A stretch of DNA of 64,000 nucleotides, taken from the NCBI GenBank assembly GCA_017161655.1, contig JADFCV010000001.1:517786-581785 (forward strand), written 5' to 3'. Below the pieces are notes generated by a model. The model did not search any database. It was not told the origin of the DNA and was given only the letters and a program-made list of their open reading frames with translations. Position 1 is the stretch's first letter, and each line of letters opens with the position of its first letter. The position numbers were made by a program, and so were the translations under genes. Of the stretch, positions 17,798-26,664 are shown piece after piece. The stretch is from Candidatus Sumerlaeota bacterium (GTDB lineage Bacteria > Sumerlaeota > Sumerlaeia > Sumerlaeales > Sumerlaeaceae).

Positions 17798-19378
17798 GTG
17801 CGAATGTCACCTCCTCCCTGCAAGCGAAACCACAGGGCACAATGCAGCCACCGAAAGATCACAACTTTGTCTTCTTTTGCAATTGGGCTTTTTGTGGTTT
17901 TTGCTGTTTTTGCCGAACAGACCCATGGCCGAGCTGTTCAGTTTCGGCAAGTTTCTCTCCCCCTGCAGATGCTGACCCCCAAATCTGCGATCCATCCAGT
18001 GGATTTATGGGGCGACAACAAGGCTGAGTTTGTTGTCGTTTCTCCCTCCGGTAATCTTGAGGTTTTTGCGTGGCAGGGTGAGAAACTGCAGTCGGCACAA
18101 CGGGTGAATCTTGTGAGAAACGAGGGCGAGCGGGTGTATTATTCGTTCGGCCGTTTCGACGAAACCGGCAAATACGAGCTGATTATCCTCCGCTCTGACG
18201 GCCTCTATCTTTTACCGGTAAGAGAAGAACACTTCGAGTCGTCGCCCAAGAAGCTTCTCGATCTTGGATTGCCAGCGACTGATGCTGGAGGCGAGCCTGT
18301 GGGGTATTTTGAAATGGCCTACGACATGGATGGGGACGGGCGAGACGAACTCATTGTACCTCAAGCCGATCGGTTCGCTCTCTACCGCGCACGCGACCCT
18401 TTCCACTTTGTCCCAATTCCTCTGCCGCGCGATCCCTTCAAATCTGTTTCCACCTACCAATTCCGAAAACAGCTCCCTGACGACCCTGTGAGAGTTGCAA
18501 GTATCAGTGGTGCGGTCGTGCGCCGTCGCGGTGTAGACGATCTAGTGTTCTTCGATGCCAACGGCGATGGCAAAGAAGACCTTGTGTACACAAGCGTTGT
18601 ACACGCGCCGAAGAGCCGTGAAATTGAGCGCTACGAGATTTTCTTTCAAAAAGGTCAGATGGCATTCAGTGGAGTGCCTGACCAGGTGATCGAGATTCCC
18701 TACGACGAACGATCGTACGTTACATTCCGAGACTTTGATCGCGACGGACGATGCGAGGCTTTCACAGTGACGAGCAATTACGACATTGTGGCCCCGCGCA
18801 CAGTGATACGCATCATGGGGGGCGATACAAGCAAAACAACATCCTCTAAAGAACGCTTGCGGTTGGTGACGAAAGACCCCATAGGCCTCGTCAAACTCGG
18901 AGATTTTAACCGCGATGGCGTGGAAGATTTTGCATGCACCTTTTTCAGTTACCAGTTTGGCTCAACAGAAGATATTGCCGGCCTTGTGGCTGCGAATCGC
19001 GTGCGTTTCCGCCTCCAGTTCTTCCTTGGCCAGTCAGGTAAGCTATTTGCACGCCAGCCCAATTATGAGTTTGAACTGAACTTGAGCCTGAAGCCTGAAT
19101 CTTATGGCTCTTATCCACCTTTTTATCTTGTTCCTGATATGAATGCGGACGGCATTGAGGATCTTGTGGCACGGGCGGATGAAACCCGTGTCGCCGTCTA
19201 TTTTTCGGCGGGAAAGCTCGCCTATCCGAAACAGCCGAGCAATACGTTCTTAGTCCCTTCAGATGCTGCACTTAGCTTCGCAGATTGCAATGGGGACGGA
19301 CTTTGTGATATCATTGTAACGAGTACACAAAAGCAGAGCGCAACTATTTATCTCGCACCGTCACCGAGGGGGAATTAG
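17798..19378 (+). CDS. Secreted FG-GAP/VCBS-repeat protein (integrin-alpha-like beta-propeller)
   Basis: 526 aa with a signal-like segment ITTLSSFAIGLFVVFAVFAEQTHG. Six Ca-binding-type repeats are visible: DMDGDGRDELIV, DANGDGKEDLVY, DFDRDGRCEAF, DFNRDGVEDFAC, DMNADGIEDLVA and DCNGDGLCDIIV. Confidence 0.75.
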   Translation: MRMSPPPCKRNHRAQCSHRKITTLSSFAIGLFVVFAVFAEQTHGRAVQFRQVSLPLQMLTPKSAIHPVDLWGDNKAEFVVVSPSGNLEVFAWQGEKLQSAQRVNLVRNEGERVYYSFGRFDETGKYELIILRSDGLYLLPVREEHFESSPKKLLDLGLPATDAGGEPVGYFEMAYDMDGDGRDELIVPQADRFALYRARDPFHFVPIPLPRDPFKSVSTYQFRKQLPDDPVRVASISGAVVRRRGVDDLVFFDANGDGKEDLVYTSVVHAPKSREIERYEIFFQKGQMAFSGVPDQVIEIPYDERSYVTFRDFDRDGRCEAFTVTSNYDIVAPRTVIRIMGGDTSKTTSSKERLRLVTKDPIGLVKLGDFNRDGVEDFACTFFSYQFGSTEDIAGLVAANRVRFRLQFFLGQSGKLFARQPNYEFELNLSLKPESYGSYPPFYLVPDMNADGIEDLVARADETRVAVYFSAGKLAYPKQPSNTFLVPSDAALSFADCNGDGLCDIIVTSTQKQSATIYLAPSPRGN

Positions 19379-19381
19379 GCT

Positions 19382-21001
19382 GTGCAAGGGAGACCGCTGC
19401 CACCCCTCGAAGAATTCGTCGAGATTGCTGAACAAATGCCGCTCGAAGAAAAGCTCGGGCGTGTCTTCTTGTTTCATTTACGCAATCTCCAGCACGGCGA
19501 GAATTTGCTGCAGTTGAACCCTGCTGGTTTTGTGCGCATTTATAGCGATGCACTGACCGCTGCTCGTCAACACGCAAGGCTACAAAGCTTGGTTTCTTAT
19601 CCTCTTCTTCTGGCTGCAGATTTCGAAAAAGGGGTAGCACCCGTCGTAAGCGGAGGAACTGAATTCGGTCCGGCCATGGCACTCGCGGCTACCGGAAAGC
19701 CGGAGATAACTCGTCGGGTGGCCCAGGCGATTGCCAGAGAAGCACGGGCCATTGGCGTGAATTGGAACCTCATGCCAACGCTTGATGTGAACACAGACCC
19801 CCGCAATCCAATCATTAATGTGCGCGCTTTTTCCGACCGTCCCGCTGACGTCGTTGAGCACGGTCGCGCTTTTGTTGAAGGATCTCATCGTGGCGGCGTT
19901 CTTGTGTGTCTCAAGCATTTCCCCGGGCACGGTCCAACGCACACCGATTCACACATGGCTCTTCCTCGAATCGACCTTCCAGCGGATGAGTTACGAAGAA
20001 CTCATATAGCGCCATTCGAGAAGCTCATCCAGGATGGGGACATAGACGCAGTCATGATCGGGCACTTGCACTGTCCAGCTCTAGAGTCCCTGGAGATTCC
20101 GGCAACTTTCTCACATCGAATCATTGAGGGGTTGCTTAGAACGGAGTTAGGATTTGAGGGTTTGGTTGTTACGGATGCTCTCGATATGGGAGCTCTTACG
20201 CGGCGGTTCGGAATTGAGGAGATTGTGGTTCGCGCGTTTTTGGCGGGCTGCGACGTCTTGCTAATGCCGGCTGATCCTTGGGAAGCTTATAGTGCCTTGC
20301 TGCACGCAGTGCGGAGCGGGACTGTGCCCAAGTCGCGACTTAACCAAGCAGTTGCCCGAGTTTTGCGTTTCTCGCGATCCATTGAAAGCCTAAGAGCAAC
20401 AGCACGTTTCTCTCTTAAGAACCTCAAGGAGCTGGCTACTCCCGAGCATTCACGCCTGGCTGAAGAAGTTGGTAGACAAAGTGTGACACTTATTCGGAGT
20501 AATGCACGAGACGTCCCTGTTTCCCCGCACGCAAGGCTGGCTGTTGTGAGCTTCTCGACGACCCAAGACGGAGTTTTTGAGTACTTAGCTCCTAAAGTTT
20601 TTGGCGATTACTGCGAACACTTAAGTACGAATTGCCGCAGTCTTTACTGCGGGCGACTCGGAGAGAATCGCTACGATGTCGCGGATGTGACCAGTCATGC
20701 GATCCAGTTAAGTTCGCAAGCCGAAGTCATTGTGCTCGCAGTTTTTTCGCGTGTTGTGGTGGGGCTGGGACGTGCTGGACTGAGTGACCTAGAACGCTCC
20801 TTCATCGAACAGGTTGCGCAGTTGGGAAAGCCAGTCATTGTGGTTCTGTTCAGTTACCCATCTCTTGCTGCAGACTTGCCTGAGAAGATTGAAACCGTGG
20901 TTTGCGCTTACGGTTCAGGCTGGGCCTTGCAAAAGGCAGCCGCGCAAGCGCTCTTTGGGCATATTCCTTTTTGGGGAACATTGCCCGTAAAGTTAGCGTA
21001 G
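19382..21001 (+). CDS. nagZ: Glycoside hydrolase family 3 beta-N-acetylhexosaminidase (NagZ-like) with an extra C-terminal domain
   Basis: 539 aa with the GH3 motifs KHFPGHGPTHTDSHMALP and GLVVTDALDMGAL (nucleophile Asp). I saw no signal peptide. The start is GTG 19382, 3 nt after the preceding stop. Confidence 0.8.
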   Translation: MQGRPLPPLEEFVEIAEQMPLEEKLGRVFLFHLRNLQHGENLLQLNPAGFVRIYSDALTAARQHARLQSLVSYPLLLAADFEKGVAPVVSGGTEFGPAMALAATGKPEITRRVAQAIAREARAIGVNWNLMPTLDVNTDPRNPIINVRAFSDRPADVVEHGRAFVEGSHRGGVLVCLKHFPGHGPTHTDSHMALPRIDLPADELRRTHIAPFEKLIQDGDIDAVMIGHLHCPALESLEIPATFSHRIIEGLLRTELGFEGLVVTDALDMGALTRRFGIEEIVVRAFLAGCDVLLMPADPWEAYSALLHAVRSGTVPKSRLNQAVARVLRFSRSIESLRATARFSLKNLKELATPEHSRLAEEVGRQSVTLIRSNARDVPVSPHARLAVVSFSTTQDGVFEYLAPKVFGDYCEHLSTNCRSLYCGRLGENRYDVADVTSHAIQLSSQAEVIVLAVFSRVVVGLGRAGLSDLERSFIEQVAQLGKPVIVVLFSYPSLAADLPEKIETVVCAYGSGWALQKAAAQALFGHIPFWGTLPVKLA

Positions 21002-21011
21002 GAGTTTTCCC

Positions 21012-21428
21012 ATGTCGCTCCCATCCCGAGCCACGACTCGGAAGGATCAGCTACTCAAGGAAGTAGAGGCGCTAATCCGCCTTTACGACGTAACAGAGCT
21101 TCATCGTCTTCGCGAAAAACTTGCGCCTAAATGGTGGGAAAGCGGGCTCCGAATCTTGATGTTTGTATCGGGACTTGGATTTATAGTGACTGTTTACAAG
21201 TTAATACCTTCGTCAAACTGGCTTCTCTTTGGTTTTGTCTTTTTCTGGTTCTTTCTTTTTGTCGTCACCACGCTAGGGGTTATTGAGTACTTGATTTTAA
21301 AAATGCGGGCACTAACTCGCTTTTGTGAATACCAGGCCCGAGTGCTGGCCCAGCTAGCTCAGGTCATAGACAAGAAGAAATCTCTAGACGTGCCAACGGA
21401 AGCAGAACAGGAAACGGAAAGCGGTTGA
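21012..21428 (+). CDS. Small membrane protein of unknown function (two predicted TM helices)
   Basis: 138 aa with the hydrophobic segments ILMFVSGLGFIVTVYKLI and LLFGFVFFWFFLFVVTTLGVIEYLIL. It starts 10 nt after the GH3 gene. Confidence 0.55.
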   Translation: MSLPSRATTRKDQLLKEVEALIRLYDVTELHRLREKLAPKWWESGLRILMFVSGLGFIVTVYKLIPSSNWLLFGFVFFWFFLFVVTTLGVIEYLILKMRALTRFCEYQARVLAQLAQVIDKKKSLDVPTEAEQETESG

Positions 21429-21506
21429 AAAGCTGATTGGTGAGCATTTTACCTGTCTATAAGATTTTGGGATAAGGGATCCAATTACGGAAGGGAGTCG
21501 CTGGAC

Positions 21507-22625
21507 ATGATCATCGGTGTGCCCCGAGAGATTAAGAACAATGAATACCGTGTGGGAATGGTGCCCGCTGGCGTGCGCCAACTTACCAGGTGCGGGCATA
21601 AAGTCTTAATTGAGACAAGAGCTGGGGAAGGAAGTGGCATCTCCGACGAAGAGTACATGAATGCTGGTGCAGAAATCGTCAAAGATGCAGCCAGCGTTTA
21701 CGGAGCAGCGGATATGATCGTCAAGGTCAAGGAGCCACTCGAACAAGAATATCCGCTTATTCGTCAGGGACAAATCATTTTCACTTATTTCCACTTTGCT
21801 TCGTCGCGCGAGCTGACGGAAGCGATGATTCAGCGCAAAGCTATTTGTGTGGCGTACGAAACAATCACGACGCCGGATGGGAAGCTACCTTGTTTAACTC
21901 CCATGAGCGAAGTGGCAGGGCGGATGAGCATCCAGGAAGGAGCCAAGTACCTCGAAAAGCCGATGAAAGGTCGTGGGATATTGCTGAGTGGAGTGCCCGG
22001 TGTCGACCCGGCTCGTGTTTTGGTTCTGGGCGGCGGCGTCGTCGGAGCTAATGCTGCCAAGATAGCAGCTGGGCTAGGCGCGCAGGTCACGATCATGGAT
22101 GTAAATCTCGACCGTTTGCGTTATTTGGCAGACATCATGCCACCTAACGTCATCACTTTGATGAGCAACGAAGATAACATCCGCTCTCGATTACCGCTAG
22201 CTGATCTCGTAATTGGCGCAGTTCTTGTTGTTGGCGCACGCGCCCCAAGACTTATTACGCGGGACATGCTCAAACTTATGAAACCTGGCGCTGTGATTGT
22301 GGACGTTGCGATAGACCAGGGAGGTTGCGTTGAAACCTCGCGTCCGACCACGCATGCTGAACCGATTTTCATCGTGGACGGTGTTGTTCACTATTGTGTC
22401 ACAAATATGCCCGGTGCTGTAGGGCGAACTTCGACCTATGCGCTCACAAACGTAACAACGCCTTACGCCGTAAAGATCGCAAATGAAGGCTGGCCGAATT
22501 TTGTGAAAAAAGACACGGCATTGGCTGCTGGTGTAAACATGGTGGAAGGCATCGTTACGTGTAAGCCGGTTGCTGAATGCTTCGGTCTGCAAAACTATGC
22601 CCCGATTGAGGAAGTGATCAAATAG
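21507..22625 (+). CDS. ald: Alanine dehydrogenase
   Basis: 372 aa with N-terminal MIIGVPREIKNNEYRVGMVPAGV and the NAD fold VLVLGGGVVGANAAKIAAGLGAQVTIMD. Confidence 0.93.
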   Translation: MIIGVPREIKNNEYRVGMVPAGVRQLTRCGHKVLIETRAGEGSGISDEEYMNAGAEIVKDAASVYGAADMIVKVKEPLEQEYPLIRQGQIIFTYFHFASSRELTEAMIQRKAICVAYETITTPDGKLPCLTPMSEVAGRMSIQEGAKYLEKPMKGRGILLSGVPGVDPARVLVLGGGVVGANAAKIAAGLGAQVTIMDVNLDRLRYLADIMPPNVITLMSNEDNIRSRLPLADLVIGAVLVVGARAPRLITRDMLKLMKPGAVIVDVAIDQGGCVETSRPTTHAEPIFIVDGVVHYCVTNMPGAVGRTSTYALTNVTTPYAVKIANEGWPNFVKKDTALAAGVNMVEGIVTCKPVAECFGLQNYAPIEEVIK

Positions 22626-22650
22626 TTTCAGTGTTGGCTTGTTTGATCGT

Positions 22651-22689
22651 CAGGGATGCTGCAGTTCACTTGCATCCCTGATTTTTATT
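22651..22689 (+). terminator. Rho-independent terminator after ald
   Basis: A perfect 9-bp stem, CAGGGATGC (22651-22659) pairing with GCATCCCTG (22672-22680), is followed by ATTTTTATT. Confidence 0.75.
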
Positions 22690-22711
22690 ACCATCAGCGT
22701 ATTCCTGGCAC

Positions 22712-23848
22712 GTGTTGAAATACTTTCGTTTAAAAATACTCGACCGTTTGCTTCTGAGTGAGTTCTGGCTTTCTTTCTTTGCCACTCTGGGGTTTTGCGC
22801 TCTGTTGCTTGTTGTGGCCACCGTTTTCGAAAAGTTCCAGGACATCATGGAGAACGACGCTCCACTCGACAAGGTTGTCCTCTATTTCTTATGCAGTTTG
22901 CCGTTTAAACTTATCCAGGTGATCCCGTTGGTCTGTGCGTTGGCGGTGTTGTTTTCTGTTGGTGGACTTGCACGGAATAACGAGATTTTAGCCTTTCTCA
23001 CGAGTGGTGTCCACAGTCTGCGCATTCTTGCCCCAGTTGCCGTTTCCGGGCTCCTGGTTTTGTTGGTGGTATTTGTACTAAACGAGTTTTTCGTCGCTCG
23101 ACTCGAACAAGAAGCGCGGTATCTAGAGCGCCGTTACATCGAAGCGAAAAGTGAAGCCAAGCTTGCGACCCGGCGCGACATTTTTGTGAGAGGCATGGGC
23201 AACCGTTTTTATCTCATGAAAATGTACGACACACGTGAAGGGCGAATGTACCAACCGCAGATTGTGGATATGACCGAAGATTATTCGACGCTTCGGCAAC
23301 GAATTGATGCACGTGAGGCGAAACTTCTCGCTGACCGACCGGAAGAGCAACGCTCGGAATGGCAGCTCTCATACCCACGAATATGGACTTTTGACGAGTC
23401 CGGAAATCTTCGCAGTTTTGAGCAACTTGAGGGAGACCGTCGGGTTTATCTTGAGCCAGATTTGTCCGTGATCCTCGGACAAAAGAAAAAGCCTGAGGAA
23501 ATGAACTTTTTCGAGCTAAGGCGTCACATACGAATACTCGCAGAGCGTCAACAACCGGTGTTCGAGTACGAAACGGATCTCTATCGAAAACTCTCCTCCC
23601 CTATTTCGATCCTTGTAGCGATGATACTGGCCTTTTCCTATGCTGTCCGCACACGCGCAGGAAATGCCACGAGTGCGTTCGGATATGGCGTCGCCTGGAC
23701 CATGGCGTTGTATGCAGTGAGTGCATTCTTTGCTGCCCTCGGCCACTCCGGCGCTCTTTCTCCGCTCTCAGCTGCCTGGCTACCTACTATTCTTTTTTCG
23801 GGGGCTGCCGCTTTACATGTGCGAAAAAGCTATCGGTGGTATGCCTGA
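22712..23848 (+). CDS. LptF/LptG-family (YjgP/YjgQ) LPS export permease
   Basis: 378 aa. The N-terminal ILDRLLLSEFWLSFFATLGFCALLLVV is typical of the family. It has a three-TM block, a periplasmic domain and a second three-TM block. Confidence 0.8.
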   Translation: MLKYFRLKILDRLLLSEFWLSFFATLGFCALLLVVATVFEKFQDIMENDAPLDKVVLYFLCSLPFKLIQVIPLVCALAVLFSVGGLARNNEILAFLTSGVHSLRILAPVAVSGLLVLLVVFVLNEFFVARLEQEARYLERRYIEAKSEAKLATRRDIFVRGMGNRFYLMKMYDTREGRMYQPQIVDMTEDYSTLRQRIDAREAKLLADRPEEQRSEWQLSYPRIWTFDESGNLRSFEQLEGDRRVYLEPDLSVILGQKKKPEEMNFFELRRHIRILAERQQPVFEYETDLYRKLSSPISILVAMILAFSYAVRTRAGNATSAFGYGVAWTMALYAVSAFFAALGHSGALSPLSAAWLPTILFSGAAALHVRKSYRWYA

Positions 23849-23872
23849 TTAGCGACTTGTCCGCTGGCCACA

Positions 23873-24865
23873 TTAGTGAAGCGTCGGAAGCTCATGGAAT
23901 AGCAATCCTTTCGATTGCCCCATGAACTTCTCGAGAGCATCGACGATGGTCTTTTTCGGACTATAGTCAATGAGTGGAGCCTTTTCGAGAAGATTGGCAA
24001 GAGAGGTCGCCCGACGGCGGGCATCCTCAAGGTTTCCAAGAGCATCAACCAGTCCAAGTGCTAGCGCCTGTTCGCCAGTGAAAACACGACCATCTGCGAT
24101 GACCTTCACGCGATCGACTATTTCTTCATCAATGCCTAGTTCAGCAGCCATTTTGCTCGATTCAAAGGCTGACAGTTCGATGGCTTTCTCTCTTTGTTTT
24201 GTCTCTGAAGTCGCAAGTATTTCATCAAATGCACGAGGTTGTCTCACCAGCGCTTTTTCGATCGTCTTATGACGACTTCGAACAACTTCACGAACAAATT
24301 GGCGATGGAGATCGTAAACAAGTCGCTGAAGTAAATTGCGTTCCTCCTCCGTCATTTGCCGCAAGGGGGAGCCCGTGTCCTTGTGCTCGCCACTCTTAAT
24401 GACATTGGGACGAATTCGCAAAGTCTGTAACAACTCGGCCAGATCCAGGTCGGTTGCTATCACACCGATACTCCCTGTGATTGACCCTGCATTGGCGTAG
24501 ATCTCGTTGGCGGCTAAAGCGACGTAGTATCCCCCCGACGCGGCTACATTTCCCATCGAAACAACAACTGGTTTTTCTGCTCGTGTCCTGACCAGCTCGC
24601 GAAAAATCTCTTCGCTGGCACCAACTGCGCCGCCAGGGCTATCTATGCGCACGAGCACGGCTTTTGCGCGTTTGGATTCTCGTGCCCGTCGGATACTCTC
24701 TAAAAGATCGCGACTTTGGTAGATCGGCCCCTCGATCCGAATGAGGGCGACACCCTCCGTTGTCCCAGCTACCTGCCCCACAACTGCAAGCATCAAAAGC
24801 ACGGCCAAAAGGCCAAGGAAAACCAGAAAAACCGCAAAACATCCTCTGTGTGGAGTGTTCGGCAT
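23873..24865 (-). CDS. sppA: Signal peptide peptidase SppA (36K type)
   Basis: The ORF runs to 24958 and would overlap argS by 50 nt. The likely start is ATG 24865 (MPNTPHRGCFAVFLVFLGLLAVLL, a membrane anchor). The catalytic region is MGNVAASGGYYVALAANEIYANAGSITGSIGV. Confidence 0.88.
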   Translation of the reverse strand: MPNTPHRGCFAVFLVFLGLLAVLLMLAVVGQVAGTTEGVALIRIEGPIYQSRDLLESIRRARESKRAKAVLVRIDSPGGAVGASEEIFRELVRTRAEKPVVVSMGNVAASGGYYVALAANEIYANAGSITGSIGVIATDLDLAELLQTLRIRPNVIKSGEHKDTGSPLRQMTEEERNLLQRLVYDLHRQFVREVVRSRHKTIEKALVRQPRAFDEILATSETKQREKAIELSAFESSKMAAELGIDEEIVDRVKVIADGRVFTGEQALALGLVDALGNLEDARRRATSLANLLEKAPLIDYSPKKTIVDALEKFMGQSKGLLFHELPTLH

Positions 24866-24908
24866 ATCGCTTCTCCTCTGGCAAGCACCTCGGAATGAAT
24901 AACTGATA

Positions 24909-26630
24909 TCACATCTGCTCTGGATGCTCAATGCCGAGCAACTCGAGACCTTGTGCAATGGTTCGCGCTGTCAGCGAGCATAAAATTAGGCGTCTCGATC
25001 GCGTCGGTTCATCAGCATGGAGCACCGGGCAGTTTTCATAGAACGAAGTAAACCTTGTGGCAAGCTCGTAAAGGTAAGTGCAAAGATGATGGGGTTTAAG
25101 TTCCGTACTCACCGATTCGATCGCTTCCCCAAATCTTAGGAGGTGTTTACCAAGACGTAGCTCTTCTGGTGCAGAGAGTTCAAGGCCTTCCCCCGGCAGC
25201 TCTTCGATATTTCCCTTCCTGAAAATCGAGCGAATTCGTGCATACGCATACTGCAGGTAAGGGGCCGTGTTGCCATCGAGAGCCAGCATCTTCTCCCATG
25301 AAAAGACATAGTCGCTTATGCGATCTTTGCTCAAGTCAGCGTATTTGATTCCACCTATTCCGACCGCTTTCGCAATCTGACGGCGTTGTTCTTCTGGCAG
25401 AGCAGGATTCTTTTCACTGACGAGAGAGAAGGCTCGCTCTTCCGCCTCGTCGAGAAGATCTTTCAATTTCACCGTGTCTCCGCTGCGGGTCTTGAATGGT
25501 TTCCCATCTTCTCCGAGCATGGTGCCAAATGGGGCGAACTCCAAACTCACCCCATCAGCCCATCCCGCGCGACGTGCTACCTCAAATACCTGGGCAAAGT
25601 GCTGAGCTTGACGTGAGTCATGGGTGTATATGATCCGTTTTGCACCGAGCACCTGGATACGGTAGCGTATCGCGGCAAGATCTGTGGTCGCGTAAAGAAA
25701 ACCGCCGTCGGATTTTTGAATAATGAGGGGGTTTTCAAAGCCCGAGGTAAAAACTACAATGGCCCCGTCGCTTTCCACGGCCAGTCCGGCTTTTTTGAGA
25801 TCCTCGACAACTTGGGGCAACATGTCGTTGTAGAAACTCTCACCGCGCTCATCGGCTACCGTAAGTTTTACCCCAAGCCGTTCGTAAATCGGTAAATAGT
25901 GACGTCGTGTTTCCTCCACTATCCGCTGCCACAACATCCGCTCGCGTTCGCCGCCGCCTTGAAGTCGTACCACTGTTTGGCGTGCGCGCTCCTGAAATCC
26001 TGGATTGGAGTCAAAACGTGCTTTTGCTGCACGATAAAACTCTTCGAGATCTTCGATGTGGGAATCGATCGGGAGGTTACTTTCCTCTAAATAGGCAATG
26101 AGCATGCCGAACTGTGTCCCCCAATCGCCCACATGATTCTGGCGAATCACCGTGTGACCGAGAAACTCGATAACGCGACTGATGGCGTCGCCGATAATCG
26201 TGCTGCGGAGGTGGCCGACGTGCATTTGCTTCGCGATGTTTGGGCCGGAATAGTCCACGACAACCCGCTGAGGGCACTCCACTTTGGGAATCGCCAAACG
26301 GTCGTCTGCAGCCATATTCCCCAAACGCTCGGCCACAAAGCGCGGTGATAAAGTCACATTGATGAAGCCTGGTCCCGCAATCGAAACGTTCTCAGCAAGA
26401 TCTGAGACTCTCAATTTCTCGACAATTCTTTGTGCAACTTCGCGTGGATTTGTTTTTTTTCCAGTTTGCTGAACCAGCTCTTTTGCTAACCCCATTGCGA
26501 CATTCGCTTGGTAGTCCCCAAAGCGTTCGTGCGTTGCTGGCACGACCTGGGGCGACACCTCTAAATTGAACGCTTCCCGTATGGCGTCGCAGAAACGTCC
26601 TTCGAGCTCATGAATAACGAGGTGCGTCAC
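24909..26630 (-). CDS. argS: Arginine--tRNA ligase
   Basis: 573 aa with the N-terminal Add-1 domain (FGDYQANVAM...IAGPGFINVTL), the HIGH motif HVGHLRS and a C-terminal DALR anticodon-binding domain. Confidence 0.95.
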   Translation of the reverse strand: MTHLVIHELEGRFCDAIREAFNLEVSPQVVPATHERFGDYQANVAMGLAKELVQQTGKKTNPREVAQRIVEKLRVSDLAENVSIAGPGFINVTLSPRFVAERLGNMAADDRLAIPKVECPQRVVVDYSGPNIAKQMHVGHLRSTIIGDAISRVIEFLGHTVIRQNHVGDWGTQFGMLIAYLEESNLPIDSHIEDLEEFYRAAKARFDSNPGFQERARQTVVRLQGGGERERMLWQRIVEETRRHYLPIYERLGVKLTVADERGESFYNDMLPQVVEDLKKAGLAVESDGAIVVFTSGFENPLIIQKSDGGFLYATTDLAAIRYRIQVLGAKRIIYTHDSRQAQHFAQVFEVARRAGWADGVSLEFAPFGTMLGEDGKPFKTRSGDTVKLKDLLDEAEERAFSLVSEKNPALPEEQRRQIAKAVGIGGIKYADLSKDRISDYVFSWEKMLALDGNTAPYLQYAYARIRSIFRKGNIEELPGEGLELSAPEELRLGKHLLRFGEAIESVSTELKPHHLCTYLYELATRFTSFYENCPVLHADEPTRSRRLILCSLTARTIAQGLELLGIEHPEQM

Positions 26631-26664
26631 GCGGCGTTCTCCTTCTGCTGAATCTTAATGCGTG

